From: Trueperaceae bacterium | Lineage (GTDB): Bacteria; Deinococcota; Deinococci; Deinococcales; Trueperaceae | Assembly (NCBI GenBank): GCA_034520945.1 | Contig: JAXHNB010000009.1 | Coordinates: 1-64,000 of the forward strand | Direction: 5' to 3' | DNA length: 64,000 nt | Part shown: one piece after another, positions 39,066 to 51,596 of the stretch | How the letters are laid out: each line of letters starts with the position of its first letter | Numbering within the stretch: position 1 is the first letter of the stretch | The notes under the pieces: model-generated | What the model saw: the letters and a program-made list of their open reading frames with translations, nothing else | Databases searched by the model: none | What the model was told of the DNA's origin: nothing | Translations under genes and position numbers: made by a program

Positions 39066-40256
39066 TCAGGCCGAAAGCTGCGACCGGTTGCTGCGCAATA
39101 CGGCGAAGGCCAACCCCGCGGCCGGCAACAGGAAGGCGAAACCGGCGATCAGCGCCGGGCCGATCCCGACGGCCTGCTGCAGCGCGCCGAAGGCGATGTA
39201 CGCCACCCCCGCGATCCCCCAGGTGAACCCCATCAGCATGCCCGACGCGGTCGCGACGGCGTTGGGGGCGAGGTCCTGCGCGCTGACCACCAGCAGCGGG
39301 ATGGCCCCGTTGGTGAAGGCCCCGGCCGCGGCGACCACCAGGTAGAACTCGGCGGAGCCGGCCGGCAGGAGCAGGGTCGAGAGCAGCAACGGGAACGCCG
39401 TCAGCATGGTGCCGGTGATGAGCCGGATGCGGCCCACCCGGTGTTCCAGCGCGCCGGTCGTCAGCACGCCCAGCGAGGCGGCGACGCCGTACGCCCCCAA
39501 CGTCCAGCCGATGATGGGCGCGTCCGGCGCGAAGCCGCGCACGTTGACCAGAAACAGCGGCATGGCGTTCAAGAAGCTGATGAACGCCACGGCGCGCAGG
39601 ATGCCCACCCCCGCCAACAGCCCGACCGGCCCGAGGAACAGGGCTCGGTCGAAGATCTTGGGTCGGTGCGCGCGTTCCGGACGGTCCTGCGTCGGCGCCA
39701 GACCCAGCAGTGCCAGGCCCAATGCCACCCCGACGACGGCCAGCCAGGGGACGTACGCCGCGCCGTAGGTTCGCAGGATCCACAGCGCCACCACCGGCAT
39801 GGCGGCCGACCCGAGCGGCCCGCCGGCCGTGAACAACCCCACGGCGAAGCCCTTGCGGGAGCCGGCGCTGCGCGCCATCGAGGCGGCGGCGGGGTGGTAG
39901 ATGGCGGAGCCGAGCCCGCCGATGGCCAGCAACAGGAACAGCGCCCACACCGTGGGCACCACCGCCAGGAAGCTCATCAGCACCGAGCCAGTGATCAGGC
40001 CCAGGGCGGCGGCGCGGCGGCGGCCCCAGCGGTCGGCCAGGGCGCCGGCGAAGGCCTGCAGCACGTTGGAGGAGAACGAGATGAGCGCGACGAAGCCGGC
40101 CAGGGCCGCTTCGCCCAGGCCGAAGCGGGCCTGCAGCGTGGGCAGGAAGGCCGGAAGCACGTTGGTGAAGGCGTCGTTGGTGGCGTGCGTGAGGCTCAGC
40201 AGCAGTGCCAGGCTGGCGCCCCCGAGGACGGTGCGGCGTGCGGCGACCGGCATCAT
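39066..40256 (-). CDS. MFS transporter (Fsr-like)
   Basis: LTHATND; GALADRWGRR motif A; GLGSAIYHP; TACACT 6 nt before the ATG. Confidence 0.85.
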   Translation of the reverse strand: MMPVAARRTVLGGASLALLLSLTHATNDAFTNVLPAFLPTLQARFGLGEAALAGFVALISFSSNVLQAFAGALADRWGRRRAAALGLITGSVLMSFLAVVPTVWALFLLLAIGGLGSAIYHPAAASMARSAGSRKGFAVGLFTAGGPLGSAAMPVVALWILRTYGAAYVPWLAVVGVALGLALLGLAPTQDRPERAHRPKIFDRALFLGPVGLLAGVGILRAVAFISFLNAMPLFLVNVRGFAPDAPIIGWTLGAYGVAASLGVLTTGALEHRVGRIRLITGTMLTAFPLLLSTLLLPAGSAEFYLVVAAAGAFTNGAIPLLVVSAQDLAPNAVATASGMLMGFTWGIAGVAYIAFGALQQAVGIGPALIAGFAFLLPAAGLAFAVLRSNRSQLSA

Positions 40257-40348
40257 CCGCGCAGTGTACGCCCAGGCCGTCCGCGAGGTGGGCGCGGCGC
40301 CCCCGGTGCCGATCACGCGCCACCTCGCCAGGAGCTCGCTCCGTACGC

Positions 40349-41545
<1,197 letters not shown>

Positions 41546-41546
41546 G

Positions 41547-42321
<775 letters not shown>

Positions 42322-42335
<14 letters not shown>

Positions 42336-43689
42336 GTGGGTCCCCTCCCCCGGTTTGCGGATAGGTGACGGCCGCCCCGTCGGACAACATGTCGAGGCCC
42401 ACCACCGCGATCGGGTCGCCTTCGGCCAGCGGGGAGGCCGTGGGGTCCAGCGCCGCGACGGTGGCGTTGCGGTCCAGCACCGCGACCTCGACGCGCTCGG
42501 CCGTGCCGCGATCGCCCTCTTCGGCGGCATCGACGCGGTAGACGAAGGCGGGATCGTCATCGGGCTCGGTGATCGCCTCCAGCGGCACCAATAGCGCGTC
42601 TTGCCGTTCTGCCACGCGCACGCGGGCCGTGACGGTGTAGCCGGGACGGACCGCGCCGCCCGCCTGCGGGTCGTCGCCGGTGAACTGGAGCATCACCTCG
42701 ACCTGCGCGCCGCCGCCCTCGCGGGTGGCGACGGGGCTCAGGCGCGCCACGCGCGCGGGCAGGCGCCGCCGCGTGTTCGCGTCGGGGACGATCTCGGCGG
42801 GTTGATCATTCGCCAGTTCGCTGGCGCGGTTCTCGTCGAAGGTGGCGCGGACGCGGAGTTCACGGGGGTCGGCCACGGTAACGACCGGTTGCGTACCGAC
42901 CGCGTCCCCCACCTCGACGTCCAACGTGGCGACGACGCCGTCGAACGGTGCGCGCAGCTCGGCGTCGGCCAGGCGCGCCTCCAGGTTGGCCACCTCGGTC
43001 TCCAGTTGCGCCACGTTGGCGTCGGCGCTGGAGCGTTGTGCCTCCGCCAGCGACTGCTGGTTGTCGAGGCGCGTGCGGGCCGACTCGAGGGCGAGCTCCG
43101 CCTGGCGCAGGCTGCGGGCGGCCGCGTCGCGGGCGTCGCGGGCGTCCTGCAGCTCGTCGCGCGAGGCGGCACCCAGCTCGAACAGCCGCTGCACGCGGTC
43201 CAGGTCCGCTTCGCGGCCGCGCAGGTCGCTGGCGGCCTGGGCGCGAGCGTCCTCCGCCTCGGCCACGGCGGACGCTGCGTCGAGCCTGTCCACACGAAGC
43301 TGCGCCTGCGTACGTTCACGCTCGGCACGGGCTGACGCCAGCGAGGCGCGGGTCGAGGCCAGGCTGCGCTCCAGCTCGGCCACGTCCAGCCGCACCAGCG
43401 GATCGCCTTCCGAGACTGGATCGCCCTCCTCGACCCGCACCTCGCCCACCGTGCCCGCGTTGCGAAACGCCAACGCCCGCTCGCGGACCGCTTCGACCAC
43501 GCCGCTTCCGGTGACCTCCCGCAGAAACGCCCCCCGCGGGAGCGGCTCGACCACCACCGAGACGGGGGCGGGCCCCCCGCCGCCCCGCAGCGCGATCGCC
43601 ACGGCGGCGCCCGCCACCACGAGCAAACCCACGCCCCAGAACCACCGCCGCCGGCGTCGCCGCCGCGCGGCGCTCGCGTCCGTACTCAC
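42322..43689 (-). CDS. Periplasmic adaptor subunit (MacA-like)
   Basis: N-terminal TM; lipoyl halves GTVGEVRVEEGD and APFDGVV; long alpha hairpin. Confidence 0.88.
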
Positions 43690-44765
43690 GAGCCGGCCCC
43701 CAGGATCGCCATCTCGAGCGAACGCAGGGCGTCCAGCAGATCGTGCCGCGCCGCGCGAAGCTGGTTCTCGCTCCGCATCGCGTCCAACCGGCTGCGTTCG
43801 AGTTCGATGGCGGCGATGCTGCCCGCCTCGAAGCGCACCTCCTGCACCTCGACGTCCTCCCGGGCGGTGGCGCGCTGCTCGCGGGCGTTCGCCAGGCTGC
43901 CCTCGGCGGCCAGCGCGGCGTCGTGCGCCTGCCGGATCGACAACGCCAACGTGCGGGCCAACTCGTCGGCACGCAACCGGGCCGTCTCGAGGCGGTCGCG
44001 CGCCGCCTCGATCTCCGAGGGCGGCGTCGTGAACGGCACGTCGGTCGCGGCCAGCCGCGCCTCGGCCAGCACCACCGAGCGCCGCGCGGATCGCAGGGAG
44101 GCGTTCTCCTCCAGGCGATCGAGGGCGTCCTCGACCGAACCCACGTCGGGCACGTCGGTCACGTTCCGCAACGGCGGCAACGCCTGCGTGACGTCCAAGA
44201 GGCTGCCCAGGCGATCCTGCGCCAGGTCGCGGGCCTGCACGGCGTTTCGCACGTCGCGCTCCGTCTCCCGGACGGCGTCCTCGGCGCGCCGCACGTCGCT
44301 CTGCGTGGCGGCGCCGGCCTCCAGGCGGATGCGGGTGGCCTCGGCTTCGGTGCGGGCGATATCACGGGCCGTCTCGGCCACCGCCACCCGCCCCTCGGCG
44401 TCGACCCCCTCGGCGAAGGCGTCGCCGGCGCCGTCACGGGCGGCGGCCTCTGCGTTGCGGAGCGTGTCCCGCGCCGCCTCCACGGCGTGGCGCGCCTCCA
44501 ACAGCGGGACGCGCAGACTGGTGGGGTCGGATTCGACCCGCGCCAACGCCCGCTCGGCGCTGGCGAGGTCCAAGCGCGCGGTGCGCACGTCGGTCGAGGC
44601 CTCGACGGCCAGGTTCATGACGCTCGCCAGGTCCAAGGGGTCGGGCACGGCCTCGCGTTCGACGTCGGACGCACCCGACTGGGCCGCGGCCGCGCTCAGA
44701 ACGGCAAAAATCAACAGAAGGCGAAGGGCGAGCCCGAGGGGGCGACGGGAAATCATCATGTTCAC
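43686..44765 (-). CDS. TolC-like protein, apparently without beta-barrel strands
   Basis: Signal peptide; two helical repeats with RLEAGAAT and RFEAGSIA turns; only short linkers where beta hairpins are expected. Confidence 0.65.
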   Translation of the reverse strand: MNMMISRRPLGLALRLLLIFAVLSAAAAQSGASDVEREAVPDPLDLASVMNLAVEASTDVRTARLDLASAERALARVESDPTSLRVPLLEARHAVEAARDTLRNAEAAARDGAGDAFAEGVDAEGRVAVAETARDIARTEAEATRIRLEAGAATQSDVRRAEDAVRETERDVRNAVQARDLAQDRLGSLLDVTQALPPLRNVTDVPDVGSVEDALDRLEENASLRSARRSVVLAEARLAATDVPFTTPPSEIEAARDRLETARLRADELARTLALSIRQAHDAALAAEGSLANAREQRATAREDVEVQEVRFEAGSIAAIELERSRLDAMRSENQLRAARHDLLDALRSLEMAILGAGS

Positions 44766-46174
44766 TCCAGACGTTCCGGCGCGACGGCCAAGGCGTCGAG
44801 CAGGCGAAAGACGGCGAGTCGGGCCTCATCTCGAGCGCGCGCGGCATCGAGCTCGGCCCGCTGCGCCTCCAGTTGCGAGCGGCGCGCATCGGCTTCGGAC
44901 GCGCTGCCGGCGTCGCGGCGCGAGGCCACCAGTTCGGCCGAAAGGCGGGCCAACTCGGCCGAACGGGCGGCGAGCTCGGCCCCTTCGAGGGCGTCCTCGG
45001 CGGCGGCGTAGGCCCGGTCCACGGCCAAGGCCGCCTGATCACGCGCCGACGCTTCGCGGGCGCGGGCCTGTCGTTCTCCCAGGCGTGCCGCCGACAATGC
45101 GCTCGGCACCGCGGGTGACAGCGGCACCTCCAGCTGCACGCCGATCTCGAAGCTACGGCTCGACGCGCCGGGCCCCAGGCCCTGCAGGCCGTCGTCCGGG
45201 TCGAACGACGCCTCCAGCGTGGGGGTGAACTCCGCCGAGTCCAGCGAGGCGCCGACGCGAAGGTTGCGGGCGTCGCTGCCGCTTGCGAACGCGACGTTCA
45301 GGCTGGCGACGGGCAGCGCGTCCCGAACCGCCGCGTTCGCGTCACGCTCGGCGGCGTCCACGTCGCGGGCGGCCGCACGAAGGTCGGGCCGCTCCGCCGG
45401 CGCGACCGCTTCCTCGCGCGGGGGGAGGGGGGGCGGGTCCGGCAGCGGCCCGCGGGGCGCGGGCACATCCGCGCCGAGCTGCGTGCGGAGCGCGCGCAGC
45501 GCCAGTCGGTGCTTTCGCTCGGCGGCGCGCAGCGACTGCTCGGCGCGGGCCAAGGCCAGTTCGGCCTCGCGCACGTCGAGATCGCTGGCGGCACCGGCTC
45601 TGCGCCGCTCGCGGGCGGCCGCCGTTTCTCGCGCGGCCAACGCGGCCTCCTGCCCGGCCAGGTCGGCGGCACGCCCGGCGCGCGCCGCCTCCTGGAACGC
45701 CCGCACGGTTTCGATGCGGGCGGTCCGCCGTGCCGCCGCCAGTTCGTCCCGGGCGGCCTCGAGGCCGGCGCGCGCCCGCGCCAACTGATCCGCGCCGGAC
45801 CCCGCCGCCGTGCCGGCGAAGCGGGCCGCGACGCGGATCGGCACGACGTCGCCCCCCGACGAGTCCTCGCTGCCCCCACCAGGCAGGTCCGTACGGCCGA
45901 ATCGTTGATCGAAGCCCCCCGACAGGGTCACGTCGACGGGCGCAGCGGCCGCCGACGCGCGTGCCTCGGCCTGCGCCAAGGCCAACTCGGCTCGTTGGAC
46001 GCCGGGGGATTGGTCGGCCAAGCGCACGGCGTCCTCGTACGTCAGCGGGGCGCCCGGCGACTGGCCGAACGCCAACGATGCAACGACGAACGCAGCGCCG
46101 AGCAAGACCCCGCGGAGGCGCGCCCACGAGCGTACCGGCGGATCGAGGGGGAGGCGGTTGGGGGAACGATGCAC
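44762..46174 (-). CDS. TolC-family outer membrane protein
   Basis: RRRAGAASDLDV and RRDAGSASEAD; beta strands VDVTLSGGF, PVASLNVAF, FEIGVQLEVPL; start placed from an AGGAG RBS. Confidence 0.75.
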   Translation of the reverse strand: MHRSPNRLPLDPPVRSWARLRGVLLGAAFVVASLAFGQSPGAPLTYEDAVRLADQSPGVQRAELALAQAEARASAAAAPVDVTLSGGFDQRFGRTDLPGGGSEDSSGGDVVPIRVAARFAGTAAGSGADQLARARAGLEAARDELAAARRTARIETVRAFQEAARAGRAADLAGQEAALAARETAAARERRRAGAASDLDVREAELALARAEQSLRAAERKHRLALRALRTQLGADVPAPRGPLPDPPPLPPREEAVAPAERPDLRAAARDVDAAERDANAAVRDALPVASLNVAFASGSDARNLRVGASLDSAEFTPTLEASFDPDDGLQGLGPGASSRSFEIGVQLEVPLSPAVPSALSAARLGERQARAREASARDQAALAVDRAYAAAEDALEGAELAARSAELARLSAELVASRRDAGSASEADARRSQLEAQRAELDAARARDEARLAVFRLLDALAVAPERLE

Positions 46175-46417
46175 GATGAACGACTCCTGTGCGCGAGGAT
46201 GGGGTTGCGTCGCACGCACGCGACGTGCGTGGCGCGCCGGGCGTCCGGCCGGACACCGGGGCCTAGCGCGCGACCCAGCATCGCAGCCGCCACCGGGCCT
46301 GTCCTCCGACCTCAGGAGGAGACCGCCCCCGTCCCGAGACCCGGCAGGGGTCTTCGCCGCGTCGGCCGCCTCGACGCGCGTTCGATGGTGGTGAGATCGA
46401 CCCGTACGCCGACGCCT

Positions 46418-47191
46418 CTAGCGACCCGTCGCGTTCACGCTGAACACGGCCCCGAACGGGTCGTTCAGAACCGTAATGCGTCCATAAAGCGTATCGAAGG
46501 GCGGAACCGACACCGTCCCGCCGGCCGCTTCGGTGGTGCTCGCGGCTTCGTCGGCGTCGCGCACCTCGAAGTACGGCATCCAGTGCGGCGGCACGCCCGC
46601 CCATTCCTCGGTCATCTGCAGGATGCCTCCCACGTCCTCGCCGTCCTTCGAGAGCACGTAGTAGGTGGTCGGCACGCCCTCCTCGAGGCGGCGAGCCTGG
46701 GCGCCCATCGACCCCGTGTAGAAGTCCCGCGCCGCCTCGGCGTCGGGCACGTTCACCTCGCACCACCCCATCGCGCCGGGTTCGTGAGCAACCTCCGCAC
46801 CTCGATGCGCCAGCGGTTGCCACAGCCCGAACACCGCCCCCGCGGGATCCTGCACGATCGCCAGGTGTCCCATGCCCGGCACCTCGAAGGGTTTTTGCAT
46901 CACCGACCCACCCCTGGCGCGGACGTCGTCGGCCATGGCGGCGACGTCGTCCGCCATCAGGTAGACCGTCCAACTGGACGGCATGTCGGCCCCGGCAGGG
47001 ATCTGGCCCAGCCCGGCCGCCGCGGCACCCCGCACCTTGGCGACGTGGTAGTGCCCTATCTCTGGACCGCTCACATCGTACGTCCATCCGAACAGATCGG
47101 CGTAGAACGACGCCGCGCGTTCTACGCCGGAAGACATGAGGTCGAACCAACACGGGACCCCGTGGGGCCGGGGCGTCTCGACTTTGGCCAT
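46418..47191 (-). CDS. VOC/glyoxalase family protein (two domains)
   Basis: GVPCWFDL...FYADLFGW; DPAGAVFGLWQ; HWMPYF; DPFGAVF. Confidence 0.88.
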   Translation of the reverse strand: MAKVETPRPHGVPCWFDLMSSGVERAASFYADLFGWTYDVSGPEIGHYHVAKVRGAAAAGLGQIPAGADMPSSWTVYLMADDVAAMADDVRARGGSVMQKPFEVPGMGHLAIVQDPAGAVFGLWQPLAHRGAEVAHEPGAMGWCEVNVPDAEAARDFYTGSMGAQARRLEEGVPTTYYVLSKDGEDVGGILQMTEEWAGVPPHWMPYFEVRDADEAASTTEAAGGTVSVPPFDTLYGRITVLNDPFGAVFSVNATGR

Positions 47192-47433
47192 GGCGACCCT
47201 CCGCTTCCTCGTCCCAGGTACTTCGGACGAATCCCCACTATAGGCCGTCGCCCGCTCCGCACCCTCGACCTGCCGCCACGCCGCCATACCCATTTCCACA
47301 CGATTCGGAGCAAAGCGGCTAGACTCGAGTCCATCATGATGCGGTCCCCCTCCTTCGCCTGCCCGCCGCCCACGCGACGTACGTGTCGCATGCGAACGTG
47401 CCGGCCGCGGCGACGGCATCGCGGGGCACCGTC

Positions 47434-49260
47434 ATGACCTCCGACGACGGCGCTGAGACCCACACGTCCGTACAGGTCGACCTGGAGAAGCTCACCGAAC
47501 TGGTGCCCGGCATGGTCTACCAGTTCCGTCTCGAGGCCGACGGTCGTGCCAGGCTCCCCTACGTCAGCCGCGGCATTCGCGACCTGTTCGGGTTGTCGCC
47601 CGCGGACGTGGAGGTGAACGCCGAACCGGTGTTCGCGTGCATCCACCCCGAGGACCGCGAGGCCTTTCACGCCTCCATCCAAGAGTCGGCTGCCAGCCTG
47701 CATCCATGGATGCACGAGTTCCGCGTGGCGCTCCCAGAGGGGGAGGTCCGGTGGTTGCGCGCCCACGCCAACCCGGAACGCCTGGACGACGGTGCCACGG
47801 TGTGGCACGGTTTCGTGACCAACGTGACCGAGCGACGCACGCAGGAGGAGCGGCTCCGTCAGCGCGAACAGGTCCTGCAGCGCATGACCGACGCCCTGCA
47901 GGACCTGGTGGTGATGGCGGACGCCGAGCGGCGCATCACCTTCGTCACGCCCAGCGTGCGCACGGTCCTGGGACTCGATCCCGACGAGTTGCCGGGCACG
48001 CCGGTCCTGGACCTCTTCGCCGACCATGAGCGCCCACGTGTGGCCGAAGCCCTGAACGTCGCGCAGCAGGAGCCCGGCGGCCATGCGCTGGAGGCACGCG
48101 GCGCGCACCGGGATGGCCACGACGTGTGGCTGGACACGACCTTCGAATGGCTCGGCTCCGGCGAAGGCGTGGTGCTGGCGTCCCGCGACGTGACGGACCG
48201 AATACGGGATCGCCAGGCCCTTGAGCGCGAGGCCGCCTACCGCCGCGCCCTGGTCGAGATCACCAACGACATGCTCTCCGCCCGCCTGGACAAGGGCTTC
48301 TACCAGCAACTCATGAAGCGCACCATCGAAGTGGTCCCCGACGCGGAAGGCGGCAGCATGGTGTTGTGGGACGACGCGGGGCACTACCGTTTCGTGGCTG
48401 CGGAGGAGTTCGACCTCGACGTGCTGCGCGAGTTGCGCCTGGAACCCGACGAGATCGGCCGGAGCCATCCGCCGCGCGTGGAACGCATCCAGGTCCATGA
48501 CACGCACGGGCGTTTGTCGGAGAAGAAGGTCGAGGTGTTTCGCCGCGCCGGCAACCTGCTCGACATCAAGATGACGTTGTCGGTCCCGATCCTCGCGGCG
48601 GGCGAGCCGCGCGGGTTCATGAATCTGGACAACTTCCACGACGAAGACGCGTTTGGCGCGGAGGCGATCGAGGTCGCCGAAGCGTTGGCGGCGCAGGTCG
48701 GGATCGCGCTGCAGCGCCTGCAGCTCGAGGATTGGCTGGAAGAGGAGCGGGCCCGGTACCGTCACCTGGCGAGCCACGACCCGCTGACGGGCCTGCCGAA
48801 CCGCCGGCTGTTCCAGGACCGCCTGGACCAGGCCACCTTACGTGCGCAGCGCCGCTCGTTGCGGGTGGGGCTCGTCTACGTCGATCTGAACGCCTTCAAG
48901 TCCGTCAACGACTCCTACGGCCACGGTGTGGGCGACGACCTGCTGGTCGAGGTGGCACGCCGCCTGCAGACGCAGGTGCGGGCCGAGGACACCGTCGCCC
49001 GCCTCGGTGGGGACGAGTTCGCAGTGGTGCTGTCGGACCTCCCCTCTCCCGACGACGCGCAACGGATCATCGACGCGTTCGCGCATGAACTCAGGGTTCC
49101 CTACGTGCTGGATGGGCGCGGGTTGCGCGTGGACGCCAGCCTCGGCGTGGCGTTCTATCCCGACGACGGCACCGACCGCGAAGCGCTGATGCGGGCCGCG
49201 GACGACGCGATGTACGCGGCCAAGCCGAACCGTACGCGGGATCTGCGCGGCCACGCCTGA
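47434..49260 (+). CDS. PAS-PAS-GAF-GGDEF diguanylate cyclase
   Basis: IHPED PAS; HDPLTGLPNR; FKSVNDSYGH; I-site RAED; intact GGDEF. Confidence 0.9.
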   Translation: MTSDDGAETHTSVQVDLEKLTELVPGMVYQFRLEADGRARLPYVSRGIRDLFGLSPADVEVNAEPVFACIHPEDREAFHASIQESAASLHPWMHEFRVALPEGEVRWLRAHANPERLDDGATVWHGFVTNVTERRTQEERLRQREQVLQRMTDALQDLVVMADAERRITFVTPSVRTVLGLDPDELPGTPVLDLFADHERPRVAEALNVAQQEPGGHALEARGAHRDGHDVWLDTTFEWLGSGEGVVLASRDVTDRIRDRQALEREAAYRRALVEITNDMLSARLDKGFYQQLMKRTIEVVPDAEGGSMVLWDDAGHYRFVAAEEFDLDVLRELRLEPDEIGRSHPPRVERIQVHDTHGRLSEKKVEVFRRAGNLLDIKMTLSVPILAAGEPRGFMNLDNFHDEDAFGAEAIEVAEALAAQVGIALQRLQLEDWLEEERARYRHLASHDPLTGLPNRRLFQDRLDQATLRAQRRSLRVGLVYVDLNAFKSVNDSYGHGVGDDLLVEVARRLQTQVRAEDTVARLGGDEFAVVLSDLPSPDDAQRIIDAFAHELRVPYVLDGRGLRVDASLGVAFYPDDGTDREALMRAADDAMYAAKPNRTRDLRGHA

Positions 49261-49264
49261 GCGT

Positions 49265-49792
49265 TCAGGCGGCGGTGTCGTTGAGCTCCTTGAACCCACC
49301 GAGATCCAGCATGCATACGGACAAGGCCTCGTCGTTGCGCGTTGCCCGAGCCAAGGCGCGCGCCAGTTCGACTTCCGCGCCGCGCCGGTTGGTGAGCCCC
49401 GTCAACGAATCGGTCAAGGCGTCACGCCGAGCCGCATCGCGGTCGAACGCCACCCAGAGCGTCGACGCGGCCGCCGCGAACCCTTCGAGCGCCCGGCGCG
49501 TCGCGCATGGGCGGGACCTCCCAGCCCGTGCGCAGGGCCGCTTCGATCTCGGTGGCGCCGGGAACCAACCCGGATCCGCTGGACCGTCGGGATGGTGCGC
49601 GACCCAGTCGCACCCTCCGAGGCGGCGTTCCAGCACGCAGCTTCGCGCCCCGAACGATTCGGCCAGCGCGTGGACCACGCGCCACCACAGGGCCTGGCGC
49701 CGAAACGTGGTGGGCAGGTCGGCGCAGGCCTGCCCCGGACCGACCCACGTTCCCGTGGCCGCGCCTACCTCGTCGAGAAGCTTGCGCTCCAT
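49265..49792 (-). pseudogene. Truncated GGDEF-domain gene remnant
   Basis: TDSLTGLTNRR...LDLGGFKELNDT followed by a stop, before the GH..GD and GGDEF motifs. Confidence 0.7.
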
Positions 49793-49939
49793 GTCACCGA
49801 GTATGCCCGAGCCCCACTTCCCGATTCCTTACCGCGCCCCGGAGCATGGGTACCCGGGGGGCGTCCGCCGGGCGGGGACGTCCCCCGGGACATTCGAACG
49901 CTGCGACGTCCAGGACGCATCCCGTAAGCTCGCGGCATC

Positions 49940-51559
49940 ATGCACACATCATTGCGCCCCATTACCGACGTCGCCCACGAGTTGGGCCTAGACCCCGCCC
50001 GCCTCCTCCCCCTCGGCCATCACAAGGCCAAGGTCGTCCCCCTGGCGCAAGGCGTGGACGGGGCGCCACGCGGCCGGCTGGTGCTCGTGAGCGCCATCGG
50101 CCCCACCAAGGCCGGCGAGGGCAAGACCACCGTCAGCGTCGGCCTCACCGACGGCCTCCGCCGGACGGGCGTGCGCGTCGCGGCCTGCCTGCGGGAACCG
50201 TCGCTGGGACCCGTGTTCGGCATCAAGGGCGGCGGCACCGGCGGCGGGGCCGCCCAGGTGGAGCCGGCCGAGGACATCAACCTGCACTTCACCGGCGACC
50301 TGCACGCCGTCACCGCCGCGCACGACCTGTTGGCGGCCCTGATCGACAACGATCTGCACTTCGGCGGCGCCAGCGGCCTGACGCCCGAGCGGGTCACCTG
50401 GCCGCGGGTGCTGGACCTGAACGACCGCGCACTCCGCAAGATCATGGTCTCCGCCGGCAAACCCACGGAACGCACCACGCGCTTCGACATCACCGCCGCC
50501 AGCGAGATCATGGCCATCCTGGCGCTGGCCGAATCGCTGGACGACCTCCGTGCCCGCTTGGCCCGAGTCGTGGTCGGCACGCGCCCCGACGACAGCGTCG
50601 TCACCGCTGGCGATCTCGGCGCGGTCGACGCCATGTTGGCGCTGTTGCGGGACGCCCTACACCCCAACCTGGTCCAGACGCGTGAGGGGGCCCCCGCCTT
50701 CGTGCACGCCGGCCCGTTCGGCAACATCGCCCACGGCTGCTCCAGCGTGATCGCGACCCGCACGGCCCTTGCCCACGCCGACGTGGTCGTCACCGAAGCA
50801 GGCTTCGGCTTCGACCTGGGGGGCGAGAAGTTCCTCGACATCAAGATGCGCCAATCCGGCCTGTGGCCGCGCGCCGTCGTGCTGGTCGCCACCGTTCGCG
50901 CCCTGGCCGCGCACGGCGACGGCGACGTGGCCCGCGGCCTGGCGCACCTGGATCGGCAGCTCGCCAATGTGCGCGCCTTCCGCCTCCCCGTGCTGGTGGC
51001 GATCAACGTGTTCGCGGGCGACGCCGAAGCGGACCTTCAGGCGCTGGAACGCCACTGCGAAGCGGCCGGAGTACCCTCGGCCCGCGTCACCTCGTTCGTG
51101 GACGGCGGCGCGGGCGGCGAGGCGCTGGCCCAGCAACTCATGACCCTGTTGGACGCGACCGAGTCGTGCCCGGCCGAACCGCACTTCGTCTACGCCGACG
51201 ACGAGCCCCTGCCCGAGAAGCTGCACGCCCTCGCGACCCGCATCTACGGCGCCGGGGCGGTCACCTACACCGAGCGGGCCGAGCACGACCTCGCCCTGCT
51301 CCGTGCCGGGGGCCACGACCGCCTGCCGGTCTGCGTCGCCAAAACGCACCTGTCGTTCAGCGGCGACCCCAAAGCCGGCGGGCTGGCGGAAGGGTTCCCC
51401 CTCGAAGTACGCGGCCTGCGCCTCTCCGCCGGCGCGGGCTTCGTGGTGGCCCTCGTCGGCCGCATCGTCACCATGCCGGCGCTGCCCCGCGACCCGGCCG
51501 CGAAGCACGTCCGCGTCGCCCCCGACGGTTCGATCCGGGGTCTGATGCAAGGCGACTGA
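49940..51559 (+). CDS. fhs: Formate--tetrahydrofolate ligase
   Basis: GEGKTT; LREPSLGPVFGIKGG; INLHFTGD; HAGPFGNIAHG; TEAGFG; AKTHLS. Confidence 0.93.
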   Translation: MHTSLRPITDVAHELGLDPARLLPLGHHKAKVVPLAQGVDGAPRGRLVLVSAIGPTKAGEGKTTVSVGLTDGLRRTGVRVAACLREPSLGPVFGIKGGGTGGGAAQVEPAEDINLHFTGDLHAVTAAHDLLAALIDNDLHFGGASGLTPERVTWPRVLDLNDRALRKIMVSAGKPTERTTRFDITAASEIMAILALAESLDDLRARLARVVVGTRPDDSVVTAGDLGAVDAMLALLRDALHPNLVQTREGAPAFVHAGPFGNIAHGCSSVIATRTALAHADVVVTEAGFGFDLGGEKFLDIKMRQSGLWPRAVVLVATVRALAAHGDGDVARGLAHLDRQLANVRAFRLPVLVAINVFAGDAEADLQALERHCEAAGVPSARVTSFVDGGAGGEALAQQLMTLLDATESCPAEPHFVYADDEPLPEKLHALATRIYGAGAVTYTERAEHDLALLRAGGHDRLPVCVAKTHLSFSGDPKAGGLAEGFPLEVRGLRLSAGAGFVVALVGRIVTMPALPRDPAAKHVRVAPDGSIRGLMQGD

Positions 51560-51596
51560 CGGCGGGCGGGGCGGGACGTACGGGTGCACGGCCCGA

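Noticed and set aside
47336..47437. 33-aa upstream ORF overlapping the cyclase start (ATGA)
   Set aside because: Arg/Pro-rich composition typical of spurious high-GC ORFs; no independent support
49793..49939. ZTP or THF riboswitch upstream of fhs
   Set aside because: No recognisable conserved core, and a TAAGCT -10 sits 9 nt before the ATG, leaving no room for a leader
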